DNA of 64,000 nt from Eledone cirrhosa (taxonomy: Eukaryota). The DNA lies in the NCBI GenBank assembly GCA_964016885.1, contig OZ024741.1, positions 91,884,001 to 91,948,000 on the forward strand, given 5' to 3'. A program made the translations under genes and the position numbers. Of this stretch, positions 11,967 to 23,632 are shown piece after piece (the stretch's first letter is position 1; each line of letters starts with the position of its first letter). A model generated the notes under the pieces. The model ran no database searches. It saw only the letters and a program-made list of their open reading frames with translations, and was not told the origin of the DNA.

Positions 11967-13052
11967 ATGCCCACACGGAAACGTTCAAGACTTACCTCCA
12001 AAATAGATACAGCTAGTGCTTTGAGACGGCGAATTAGGCGTTCTCAGGTATGCGTTCATTCACAATTGGTTAATCCTTTATGCAATATTCTTCCTTAATG
12101 TTAGCAAGCACTGCGTTTATCCTAACTGTCACCAGTTTTAAGCAACTACAACATTCTAATCGTAGTTATATTACATTTATTGTCTTACCTTCATTTCCTT
12201 TTGTTCATATTGCACTTTTCTCATTTACTATTGGCACAGTGCCTTTGGCTTAACTAAGCAGTAACAATAATTAACTTTCTCTAGGAAACACCTGCTGAGC
12301 GCGAATCTTGACTCGCTGATAGACGTCTTTCCCGACTGGTTTAGTCACCAGCATCCCGTACGACAAGGCTTGCTGATGTTCGCCTTCGTCGCCAACAAGC
12401 TCTTGCGGAAGAGTCACCAACATCTGTACGACGCGGCTTGCTGGTGTGCGCCTTCGTCGCCAACAAGCGCTGGCGGAAGAGTCACTAACATCCCGTACGA
12501 CGCGGCTTGCTGGTGTTCGCCTTCGTCACTAACAAGCGCTTGCAGAGGAGTCCCCAACATCCCGTACGACGCGGCTTGCTGCGTTCGCCTTCGTCACCAA
12601 CAAGCGCTTGCAGAAGAGTCACCAACATCCCGTCAGACGAGGCTTGCTGGGGTTCGCCTTCGTCGTCAACAAGCGCTTGCAGAGGAGTCCACGGCAGCCA
12701 GAGACAACAGGCTTGCTGCTAAGCGTTCCCGGCATATATTAGCTACTGCTGCCAAGAACTCAGGCTGGGTAAAAGCAGCCTTCAGATATAACCCCTCTGA
12801 GGATTACGGACTTCTGCCTACAGTTTCCATTGGCAAAATGGATAATGTCTGTACATCTGCAAGGCAATGAAGTGGCCAGGCGAGGCGCCTTCTATGTGCT
12901 GTGCAGGAGGTAAGGTGCAACTAGTGGCATTGGCTGACCCGCCAGACGTTCATCTGAATCTACTTACAGGTGATGACACTACGGCTACAACGTTCCGCTG
13001 TAACATGTGGAAATAAAACTCCTGTTTCATGATGATCTCCTTTGGTGTAGAC
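11967..13052 (+). pseudogene. Helitron RepHel N-terminal pseudogene, two exons
   Basis: Exon 11967-12047 reads MPTRKRSRLTSKIDTASALRRRIRRSQ, then a GT..AG intron 12048-12284. Exon 2 reads ETPAERES*LADRR, about five 69-bp repeats (RLAGVRLRRQQALAEESP), and AFRYNP..IGKMDNVC / CKAMKWPGEAPSMCCAGGKVQL..PP..LLTG..F..*NSCFMMISFG, which is the Helitron Rep N-terminal signature. Stops and frameshifts are present. Confidence 0.85.
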
Positions 13053-13196
13053 AATAACAACACCAACAACAACGTGAACCCCAACAACAACTTTGCACCT
13101 GTGATGCGCGAGAAGTAACTTTCACACATTTTAACAACAGAGCAAAGGTTGACTTACACCCGGGCAATGCCGGGTACTTCTGCTAGTATATATATA

Positions 13197-13831
13197 CTAG
13201 CTAAAGTACCCGTCCTTTGGACAGTTCATGTGACTTTCGATGTAGCTCATTTAACTAAACAAAGTAAATTTGAATACATAGAAGAAAAACGTACTTTATG
13301 TAAACATGAAAACCTTAGGCACTATTCCAGCGAAATAATTAATATGTGAACTCGGTGTCATCCGTTATACCATGTAACAACAGAAATCCAGTCTAGGTAT
13401 ACATTTTTTTGACAGCAGTAAAACCTTTTGTTTCAAGTACAAAGAGTAAACTAAAATCCGAATGAGTCGAATTGTAATAATCAAAATCCCAAAACAAAAT
13501 GTTTGACAACATCAAAAATGAGTTCCTATTGTATTGAGAAAGATAACTCTTGTCTTACTTAATCACGAAATATTGACGAAAGATAACTCTTGTCTTACTT
13601 AATCACGAAAATTGACACAAATAACCGAAACTTTTTTAATGTCTCCAAAGGCCCCAATATCGATTTTTGAAAGCCTTTGTAGATCATGTAAAGGTTTTGT
13701 GCAAGCAGAAGCTCTGTAAAAAATTTCAAAGAAAACGCATGAATGGTTTAGAATATATGAGTCCTCATTAAAAATTATCCACACATACATACACACACAT
13801 ACAGAAAACCTCATCTTTATATATATACAGA
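13197..13831 (-). mobile_element. Non-autonomous Helitron, second family
   Basis: The minus strand starts TCTGTATATATATAAAGATGAG + (TG/TATG)n and ends in a hairpin (CTGTCCAAAGGACGG) + GTACTTTAGCTAG. Confidence 0.75.
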
Positions 13832-13844
13832 TATATTTTTTTTT

Positions 13845-13878
<34 letters not shown>

Positions 13879-14571
13879 CGTGTGTGTGCGCATGCGTGAG
13901 TATGTGTGTATTCTACCAGATAAAGAAAATTAACAAACTGTTTTTTAGACACATTATTAAAGGCTTCCAAGTTTATCTGAAATTTCACATTTATCACTAT
14001 GTCTAAATATCTACTTATACACAAACACACACACACATACACATATAGATACATATGGATACATATATGTGAGAGTCTCTCTGTGTCTCTCTATATATCT
14101 CTTTCTCTCTCTCATACACATTCTTTCTCCCCTCTCTCTCTCCGTCTCTCTCCCCCTCTATATCTCTCCCCACTATCTCTCTCCCTCCTTCTCTCTCTCG
14201 GCCTAAATCAGTATAAATTATAATCATAGTCAACAATATATATAAAAAGTGATTAGTTATTTTAGTAAATAAAAACGAAAAAATAACCACATATTAAAAA
14301 ATGTTCGTATATTATTTAGTAATACACCACAAAATACAAATATAAATGTTTTTAATCGAGACCAATAAATTCGCCAACTCTGTCGGTACACAGAATAATA
14401 TTCATGGAACCACTTATCTACAAGAAAATTCTGACTTTTTCTCTGAAAAATATCAAACATCTGTCTTTTCATCATTGCCAAGATCTAAGAACTATAGTTT
14501 TATTATCATATTGCACCATAACACACGGAAATAACTACATTAAGTGAAACACAGTTAATAATAATAATAAT

Positions 14572-14640
<69 letters not shown>

Positions 14641-15299
14641 CACTCCTGGATAAACTGTGAACTTAACCAATAAAAATGATAACACATTCTACGATATTAA
14701 CACTTTGAAGATTTTGTATAAAAAGAAAAAGCAATGGAAGAATTATTAGGGGAGATAATTAAATGAAAATATACGGTGTACCAGTCTTTGAAGGATAATT
14801 TGGAACTTGAACAATATTCCGCGTGAAATTAAATACTCCTACGCGAAAATATCATCCGTTTATCTAAGTGCATCTGTCAATATCAGCAACTAGATTCTTA
14901 ACTAAAATACACATAATATTAAAACTGGGTGGTGGAGTCTCCACCGTTTCCGATGATGAACATTCAGTTAAGATTGACTCAGGAAAAGAATAACAGTCGC
15001 ACTGCGTAGATTGTTCTCGTTTTGATTAGTTGGTGCAGTTTCATATGGAATATGGCGCTAGGAATTTTACAGCTTCTTTTTCGACCACGAATGTTAAAAA
15101 CCGCGTAAGATGAGAACCTACTGTATATAACATTTATTTATTTTAGTCATCTTGGTGGATGATATATAGATTTGCTGATCTAAATCGTATATAGTTGCGG
15201 GGCTTATTGTATCTCTTATATTATCTATATCTTATACAGATGTGTTGTCATTAAGGTCTATCACAAATGGAGGACTTTGGAATTTAGGGAATATATTGA

Positions 15300-15620
15300 G
15301 GGAACCCCATCGGTTTCAAAGATGAACATCCATGTGCTGAAATTCTAATTCGAGAATTACCGTGTACGTGATTGAATATTCTACAGACACATGTACCTTT
15401 AACGTAATCCCCTATCTGAATCAGCATGACACGATATGTAACATGTTACAATACATCCGATGAGCTTCCACAGTTTCCGCTTTCTTAATTTCAATCAAAA
15501 GCTTTGGTCGACCTGAGGCTATAGAAAAGACACCTGCGCAAGATGTTACGTAGTGGGATCGAACACCTGATCTCATGAATGCGAAGCGAACATCTTAACC
15601 ATTCAGCCATGGCAGCATCT
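15300..15620 (-). mobile_element. tRNA-derived SINE copy (decayed)
   Basis: The minus-strand head GGCTGAATGGTTAAGATGTTCGCTTCGC..GTTCGATCCC has A/B-box-like motifs. Related copies occur at 17640-17770 and 60400-60560. Confidence 0.65.
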
Positions 15621-15829
15621 ACGGAAATATATTACGCTTAGATTCTTAGACAAATTGAGAATTTAAGCAATAGAAAATATAACATATTCACGCTAAACAG
15701 AATTATATTCGACAGAATATTAACATTTTACTATACACAAGATGTAGCATTATAAAAGGCGGCGATGGAAAATTTATTAGAAGAGGTATACAAATCTTTG
15801 AAGTGTTGGGGTTTATCGTTATTGCGTCC

Positions 15830-16090
15830 GTTTTTCCATGCTTGCACACTTTGGATGAGGCCCGAATCTTATTCTAGTCTCATTGGCGTTAAACGAGTAC
15901 AAGAGGGGTTGCCAGTCCATTGTAGGGATAATCCCCAGTTTCCTCTGGTGCTCATCTTTTAGCTGAATGGACTGGAGCACCGGGAAATACGTTGTCTTAC
16001 TCAAGGATAAATCATGCTACCGGGTCCGGTAAAAGAAATCACAGCCTTAAAGTTATAAGCTCAACACCCTACCCACTATGTCACGCGCTT
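15830..16090 (-). mobile_element. tRNA-derived SINE family B copy
   Basis: The minus-strand head GCGCGTGACATAGTGGGTAGGGTGTTG and core TCCTTGAGTAAGACA..GCTCCAGTCCATTCAGCT are shared with 39410-39578, 40005-40300 and 54207-54395. Confidence 0.7.
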
Positions 16091-16172
16091 TCCCCAAAAA
16101 GTTATTATTGTAACAATAAATATTTAGACTCTAAGCAGAACAGATATTTTAGATATCGTGTCAACCATTTCC

Positions 16173-16233
<61 letters not shown>

Positions 16234-17919
16234 TATGATATACTTCAGTTATGAAAAAAAATCTCCTCATCTTTATATCTTTTATAACCCACAATGTCAT
16301 TGATTTATCACAGGGTTTTGACAAATTTGCTTGAATATTTCATTGCCTTTTCTATTTTGGAGTAATCACATTAACAGCAGATTTATCAAAATCCAAGCAA
16401 AAATACCTTATGAGAAACAATGAAGGAATAACATCGCCTGAGATAAATAAATTTCACTTTGAAAATATTTCTTTCACTGAAATGTCAAGAATCTATATTT
16501 ACGGTTTTCACATGGACGTAAGCATATAACACATATTATTTTTCAGTTTCAAAAATAGATGGAAAGCGGTTTATGTTATTGAATTAACATTTTATATTTA
16601 TTTGATAAATATGAGCTTTCATTCTTTCGACATCCACGCCAATTTAATCAGTTTTAAAAGACGTTGGTGTGGTGGTAGAAATACGTAATGCGTTCCGAAT
16701 AAAACTAAGAGTTTAGTGATTCTTGATATATTTTTTTACTTGCGGTTGATTCATTCGTTTTCCTATAAGAGACATAGACATATGGGAAGTACCTTTACCG
16801 TATTTTTCTGACGAATGATGATGATGAAGAATATGATGAATTGATGAATCAACGCAGTATCTTACTCGTTAAATTAACATGTGTTTGAGTATTTCATAGA
16901 CACGCGTACCAGTAACTTATTTCTTAAGCTAAATCAAGGTGACACAATATGTGATCCCATACAATCCATCTGGCGGGTAAATACACAGTTTTCGTCTGCC
17001 AAATTTCTAACAGAAGGCTGTGGGAAAAGAGTGTTACCCAGGATACAAGACAGCTGGATAAAAGTTCGGCCTTCATCTTATTTTGTTTGTTTGTTTGGTT
17101 TTTTTTTTGGTTTTTTTTTTTTTGGGGGGGGGGGTATTTTGTTATAGTTCATTATATTTCGAGCTCAAAGACCTTTTGCCACCTTGCCTTTCATCCTTCT
17201 GTGGTCGATAAAGCTAATTAAATAGTAGTCAGGTTTGAGTACAATTCATCCGACAGACTGCTACATAGATTCCGTCAAGTTTCCCAACCATATTTTAGCC
17301 AGCGCCCCCTTTGGGCGCAAACGTTTTTGTCAACTTAAATTTCAAATAAGATACTGAATTCATCTTACATCAAATGGGTACAAAACCTAAAACAAATGCG
17401 TGTGTGTATGTGCGTGCACGTGTGTGATTGGGCCTTTAATCGCCAGTGGTCAATTTAAGTTCAACCGCAGAAAGGATTTCAAAACGGCATCACACTCACA
17501 TACACGCAATCATATACATACAAACATACCCATACATACAAACACATACTTATCAGCCACTCCCAAAAGCCAGTTTCATCTAAAATTCTGACCACCATTC
17601 TTTATATATTTGCACCACACAAATACACATAAATACATACGTTGGGAAACACTGCCTTAGACCGATCCGAGGCTGTGGTAAATTACACTTTCCCAAGATG
17701 CCACACAATGGAATTAATCCGGGGCGTAACCTTCTCGAAGCGAACTTCTCAACCATTCAGCCATGCCTACGCCCATCATTTGTAATTAATAAAACAGTAA
17801 AATACCATTCTATTGTTTTGAAGAAAGAATATATATATATAAAACTTGTCTGATAATCCTGTGATAACTCAGATGAAATACCATATTCTAGCCATAATAA
17901 AGAATATTATTAAACTCTA

Positions 17920-18107
17920 GGACGGTGGATTGGCAGTATCGGTAGAGGGTCGGACGCCATGCTTTGTAGCATAGAGTTACGTCCCGTTACGGTCTAATTT
18001 CAAATCTCGTGGAGGTTAACTTTGCCTTTTATCCTCATGGGGTCGATAAAATAAAGTACCAGTAATACACTGGAATAATTGCTGGCCTTGTGCCAAAAGT
18101 AGAAACA
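17920..18107 (+). mobile_element. Young SINE family A copy with a 14-bp TSD
   Basis: TSD ATTATTAAACTCTA at 17906-17919 and 18108-18121. Confidence 0.9.
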
Positions 18108-18151
18108 ATTATTAAACTCTACTTTTGTATTGAGTACACTTTCTCACATCC

Positions 18152-18196
<45 letters not shown>

Positions 18197-18490
18197 AATA
18201 TATATATATAGTGTGTGTGTGTGTGTATGGGTAGTAGAGTGAATTACTGGTGTTGCGACCAAATCAAGCACTCACCACGCTATGCACAGGCAGAGTGTAT
18301 ATAATAGGAAAAAACTGGGGAGTTTCCGTTTACATATAAAAAATATGTATTGTGCATCGACTTATTACGCGCGTTTCGCAGAGGATTGGCTCAAGATAAA
18401 CCTTAAGACTTATGGACCCGACTATATATTAGAAATGTAGAAATCTCGAACGCAGGACATGACTGTGAACAAAATTGATGACTATAAATA

Positions 18491-18680
18491 ATTGTTTCTA
18501 CTTTTGGCACAAGGCCAGCAAATTACCCAGTACATTACTGGTACTTTATTTTATCGACCCCGTAAGGATGAAAGGCAAAGTTAACCTCGACGGGATTTGA
18601 ACTCAGACCGTAAAGGGACGTAACTATGCTAGAAAGCATGGCGTCCGACTCTCTACCGATACTGCCAATCCACCGCCCTC
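18491..18680 (-). mobile_element. Young SINE family A copy with a TSD of about 17 bp
   Basis: TSD ATTGATGACTATAAATA at 18474-18490 and 18681-18697. Confidence 0.9.
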
Positions 18681-19267
18681 ATTGATGACTATAAATAATA
18701 TCGGGTAAAATAACCATATTGGCTAGTAGCCGAACTCTATACATCTTAAATTCCGACTGAGCACTCTGTAATTAAAAAGCCCATGACGATATTCTTCCTC
18801 TAAACTAAACACTAAATGATCAGCTTTAAATTTAACATTTGATTCAATGTAGCGGCTGCTGGTCAATTTTTCTGTCTATAGAAGTATTTTACCAGATTTT
18901 ATAAGCTATTTTATATAGCAATCGATTGTGTTCACTGATACTTTTTGAGTTTGAGATTGTTTATATTTTCTAAGAATTTCAATTCACTCAATGCTCTGGT
19001 GGTTTATTTACAAATGCTACATTTGTTACAGCTTATCATTTAGTAAATATTTAGAGAAAGACCGACGTCAGGGTTCGTTTAACTCACTGCTACAGAACGC
19101 ACATCCGGAATTTGAGAGGTACAGAGTTCGATTTTCTGTAGAAGCTTCTGGCCATTTTTTCCTCTACAGAGATAATCCACCCGATCTTCTAATAACAATA
19201 TTTACAGTTATTTTCTGCGTTCGAGATTTTCTGCATTTTTTATGCTCCGATAGTTTACTTACGATGG

Positions 19268-19375
<108 letters not shown>

Positions 19376-19528
19376 TATAAGTATATCATACGCAAGACGC
19401 CATATAAATAGTTTTCCAAGGGATGGCAACATGAATGAACCTCTTATTTTTCTCTAAAAACATATTTTTCCATTTCCGCCCTGCCCGTCTCCTCAATCTT
19501 TTTATTTCTTCTTTAATTTCCCATTCTA

Positions 19529-19564
19529 TCTTCTGATGAAGGACTTGCATCCGAAATGTTAAGA
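19529..19564 (+). ncRNA. Minimal type I hammerhead ribozyme motif
   Basis: TCTT-CTGATGA-aGGA cttgca TCC-GAAA-TGTT-AAGA, with stem I TCTT/AAGA and stem II GGA/TCC. Confidence 0.75.
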
Positions 19565-19766
19565 CTGTTTTCCTACTATATCAATCGTTAAACTAATAAT
19601 ATATTTCTTAATTGTACTGTGTCGTATGTTTTGTTATTTCTGTTTGCCTTTTGCATATATACATGGTGTTTCAAGAAATATATAGACACTTCAACAGCAT
19701 TCTAATAAATATTGCCTGTACAGGTAAGTAAAATGTATATTCATTTTGGGGTAACACACACTATGC

Positions 19767-19827
<61 letters not shown>

Positions 19828-19933
19828 ACAAGTTCTATGAAAAAACAACACCACATTTCGGATTTTGGCATATCAACGAATTAACAACTTTATTCCACCA
19901 TTATGTTTCCCTTTTTGTTCTGTTCAAGTTCTA

Positions 19934-19992
19934 GCTGCCTGATGAGGTCATATCTGTTGAATAATGGCTATCACCGAAATATATATTGCAGC
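19934..19992 (+). ncRNA. Minimal type I hammerhead ribozyme motif
   Basis: GCTGC-CTGATGA-GGT..ACC-GAAA-TATATA-TT-GCAGC. Same family as 46073-46128. Confidence 0.8.
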
Positions 19993-20159
19993 GAATATGA
20001 CTTACACTTCTTGTTTTATATATATATATATATCAATCATACACAAAACGCCAGCATCAACAGTTTTCCAAGGGATGTCAACATGAATGGACTTGTTATT
20101 TTTATCTAAAGACTTTTTTCCAATTACACCCCGCCCGTCCCTTCTTATTTCTCATTCTT

Positions 20160-20195
20160 TCTTCTGATGAAGGACTAGCCTCCGAAACGTTAAGA
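20160..20195 (+). ncRNA. Minimal type I hammerhead ribozyme motif
   Basis: TCTT-CTGATGA-aGGA ctagcc TCC-GAAA-CGTT-AAGA, with palindromic stem III AACGTT. Lies in a diverged repeat of 19385-19650. Confidence 0.82.
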
Positions 20196-20398
20196 CCCCC
20201 CTGCGATTTCAAGTGTAACCTAATATATTCTTTCCATATACTGTACCGATTGTCTTGTTATATATATATATATATAAGCAATCACTATAATAATAATAAT
20301 AATAATAATAATTGTTTCTACATTTAGCACAAGGCCAGCAATTACTCCAGTGTATTACTGGTACTTTATTTTATCGACTCCGTAAGGATGAAAGGCAA

Positions 20399-20456
<58 letters not shown>

Positions 20457-20458
<2 letters not shown>

Positions 20459-20585
20459 GGCATGCTTGCTTGGAACAGCAAGAACCCTGAATATACGTCC
20501 TGAATATCTGAGGCTGCAGGTAGTGGCTTGATATTCAATCCAACGGACTTTCCAGTTAACCAACATCAATGACTGAGATTCAAGG
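20457..20585 (+). mobile_element. 130-bp 3' fragment of an R4/Dong-like non-LTR element
   Basis: Close match to 27213-27342 (end of ORF plus 3' UTR of the element at 23632), flanked by (TAA)n. Confidence 0.92.
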
Positions 20586-20616
20586 AATAACAACAATAAT
20601 AATAATAATAATAATA

Positions 20617-23464
20617 AACATTACTGACTTAAATCATCTCTATTATGCATCGGCTAAAGTCACCACTCACTTATGTGGAGTGAAGATGAAAAAACAAAGG
20701 AATTCCCACAAGAAATCTACTTGGCAAGATAACATCAATCGCCAAATAAACCTTCTCCGATCTGACATAGAAATTTTAACAAACTATAAAGTAGGTGAAC
20801 ATGTTAAACAAACTAAACTTAGAAAATTGAAAAAAAAGTACAGTATAAGATCAACATGTGACATAGACATGCTGATAGAAACAATCAAGCAAAAAGTGTC
20901 GGCCAAAGCTGCTCGTATAAGGCGCTTTGAAAAACGATCTAGATTCTATAAGGACAATAATATGTTCAAAAACAACCAAAGAAACTTCTACGGAAAAATT
21001 GGTAAGTCAACAATAACTGCTAAATCAATACCACCCAAGGAGGAAGTGCAAGAATTCTGGGAAAAGATCTGGGCCGAAGAAAAAGTTCATAACATACATG
21101 CCCCATGGATAGACAGACAAATGAAAGAAACAGCTCACCTTGAAGAACAAACATGGGAAAATATAACAGTTGAACAGCTGCGCTTGGCTCTAAGAAAAAC
21201 CAGCAAATGGAAATCCCCAGGAAAAGACAAAATACAAAACTTTTGGATAAATGCCTTCACAGAGTCTCATGAGCTGTTAGCCCAACTTTACAATGAAATA
21301 GTTAAGGAGCCAGAAAAGATACCATCATGGCTAGTTAACGGCATTACATTCCTGCTACCGAAGAATGATGAGACAAACAATCCCAAAAATTACAGACCGA
21401 TAACCTGCTTGACCACAATGTATAAAATTTTAACATCAGTCCTAACTGAATACATATATGACCACCTGATAACAAATGACCTATTTCCCATTGAGCAGAA
21501 AGGGTGTAAACGAGGCTCATATGGCTGTAAGGATCAGCTTCTGGTTAACAAAATGATACTGGAAGATTGTCATAATAGACACAAAAATCTATCGATTGCT
21601 TGGATAGATTATAAAAAAGCATTTGATAGTTTGCCACACAGTTGGATTGAAATATGTTTAGAGATTTTCAAAATATCCCCCGTTATCAGGAGGTTTTTGT
21701 CATTCAGTATGAGGACATGGAGAACGACACTCCTTTTGAATAGTGAAACAAAATCACTGGAAGCTGGAGAAGTTAACATTAATTGTGGAATTTTTCAGGG
21801 TGACTCTTTATCACCGCTTTTATTCTGCATCGCACTTATACCATTAAGTAAAATGCTCAATGAAACAAAACATGGATATAGAGTCTATGACAAAACCATT
21901 AATCACCTGTTCTACATGGATGACCTGAAACTATTTGCAAAAAAATGATGAACAATTGCAAGGGCTATTATCCACTGTGAAGCAGTTCAGTGATGACATT
22001 AAAATGGAGTTTGGACTGGATAAATGCGCCAAAGCAACGTTCACCAGAGGAAAGCTGCTGAAGAGTTCAGACATTAATCTTGATCGGGGGAACGTGATAA
22101 GAGAGCTTGATCAAGAACAAACTTACAAATATCTAGGTGTTTGTGAAGGAGACGGAATCAAGCACTCGACAATGAGGGAAAGGATAAGGAAGGAATGTTA
22201 CCGCAGAGTCAGAGCAATCTTAAGAACGGAATTGAATGCAATGAATAGGATCGATGCCATAAACACGCTTGCCATACCAGTAGTAACCTACAGTTACAAT
22301 GTCATCAACTGGTCAAGCACAGAGATCCGTAGGCTCGATACAAAAATCCGAAAATTCTTAACCATGCACAGAATGCATCACCCTAAGGCAGACATAGATA
22401 GAATATATCTCCCTAGGAAAGAAGGAGGACGTGGGTTAATCCAGTTAGACATTGCGTTGAAAACTGCAACAATTGGATTATCCACATATCTAAGGGAATC
22501 ACATGATTGGATGATCAAACTCGTTTTGAAACACGAAAGCACCAAAAGATCATATTCCATTACAAAAGATGCACAAAGATACAGTAATGGACTACAAATT
22601 TCAGAAGTCCCATTTATTGCTGAAATGGAAAACACAGAAAAAGCAAAGCAGGTAAAAGTAACTGCAAAGAAAGAACTGCTACAGAAACTGGCTAAGAAAT
22701 GGCAAGAAAAGCCTCTGTATGGAAAATACCCAGAGCGAGCTAACAATCCTGATGTTGACAAAACTTTAACCCATCAGTGGTTGGCATCCTCTGGACTGAA
22801 ATCGGAGACTGAAGGACTGATTATATCCGCACAAGATCAGTGTCTGCCAACAAAAAATTACCAAGCCAACATAATAAAAAATGGGTGCAGCCCATTATGC
22901 CGTGTATGCAAAAAACAACCAGAGACCATTGACCATATAATTTCAATGTGCAGTCCTATAGCTCCAACCGAATACCTAAACAGGCATGACAGAGCTGCAC
23001 AATACATACATTGGATAATGTGTAAGCATTTTGACCTGCCCCATCAAAAGAATTGGTGGGAGCATCAACCACCTCCCATACTTGAAAAAGATCACATCTC
23101 AATCTTGTGGAACTTTAGCATCCAAACAGACCGAAAAATAGATGCAAATAGACCTGATATAATATTGAAGGACTTTCAAAGGAGGGTATGCCTGCTAATT
23201 GATATGTCTGTTCCAATAGACAAGAATGTATCTATAAAAACATTTGAAAAATTGAGCAAGTATAAGGACCTGGAGATAGAAATTGGAAAAATGTGGAAAT
23301 TGAGAACTAAAACAATACCAGTGGTTGTAGGCGCTCTGGGAATGATACCTAAGGGGTCTAACGACTACTTATCGCAAATCCCAGGAAACCCGCGTATAGG
23401 AGAAATACAAAAGATAGTACTAATGGGAACTGCCCATATACTAAGGAAGATCCTGTCAATATAA
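20617..23464 (+). pseudogene. RT-CCHC-RLE polyprotein with a single +1 frameshift
   Basis: Motifs WKSPGKD, NYRPITCL, IDYKKAFDS, GIFQGDSLSPLLF, YMDD, YKYLG, CRVC..H..C, RHD, NRPDI, KLSKY. ORFs 20569-21948 and 21935-23464 join if the A7 run at 21939-21945 is A6. Confidence 0.92.
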
Positions 23465-23584
23465 GTACATCACAAGTCTAAACACTAAGGATGCATGTGT
23501 GAATATGTGTGTTCTTTCTTGAACATAGCGGACCTTGTTGTGACTTGATGATAACTCGTATAAACATAAAGCAAGATAAATGCA
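20617..23584 (+). mobile_element. 5'-truncated R4/Dong-like RLE non-LTR retrotransposon (family 1)
   Basis: RT + CCHC + restriction-like endonuclease coding region, 120-bp 3' UTR, and (TAA)n on both sides. Confidence 0.93.

Positions 23585-23631
<47 letters not shown>

Positions 23632-23632
<1 letters not shown>

Larger units (their letters stand above)
9581..13186 (+). mobile_element. Internally deleted Helitron, copy 2, with a RepHel 5' remnant
   Basis: The 5' end CTACTAATATATAAAGTGAAG matches copy 1. The 3' segment 13092-13186 matches 9490-9584 and ends in hairpin + CTAG. It contains Rep N-terminal coding remnants. Confidence 0.88.

Noticed and set aside
12370-12870. Stand-alone 166-aa gene
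   Set aside because: It is a frameshifted part of the Helitron RepHel remnant.
21935-21948. Programmed ribosomal frameshift between two ORFs
   Set aside because: The break falls inside the RT domain right after YMDD, and the sister element is continuous there. A 1-bp indel is simpler.
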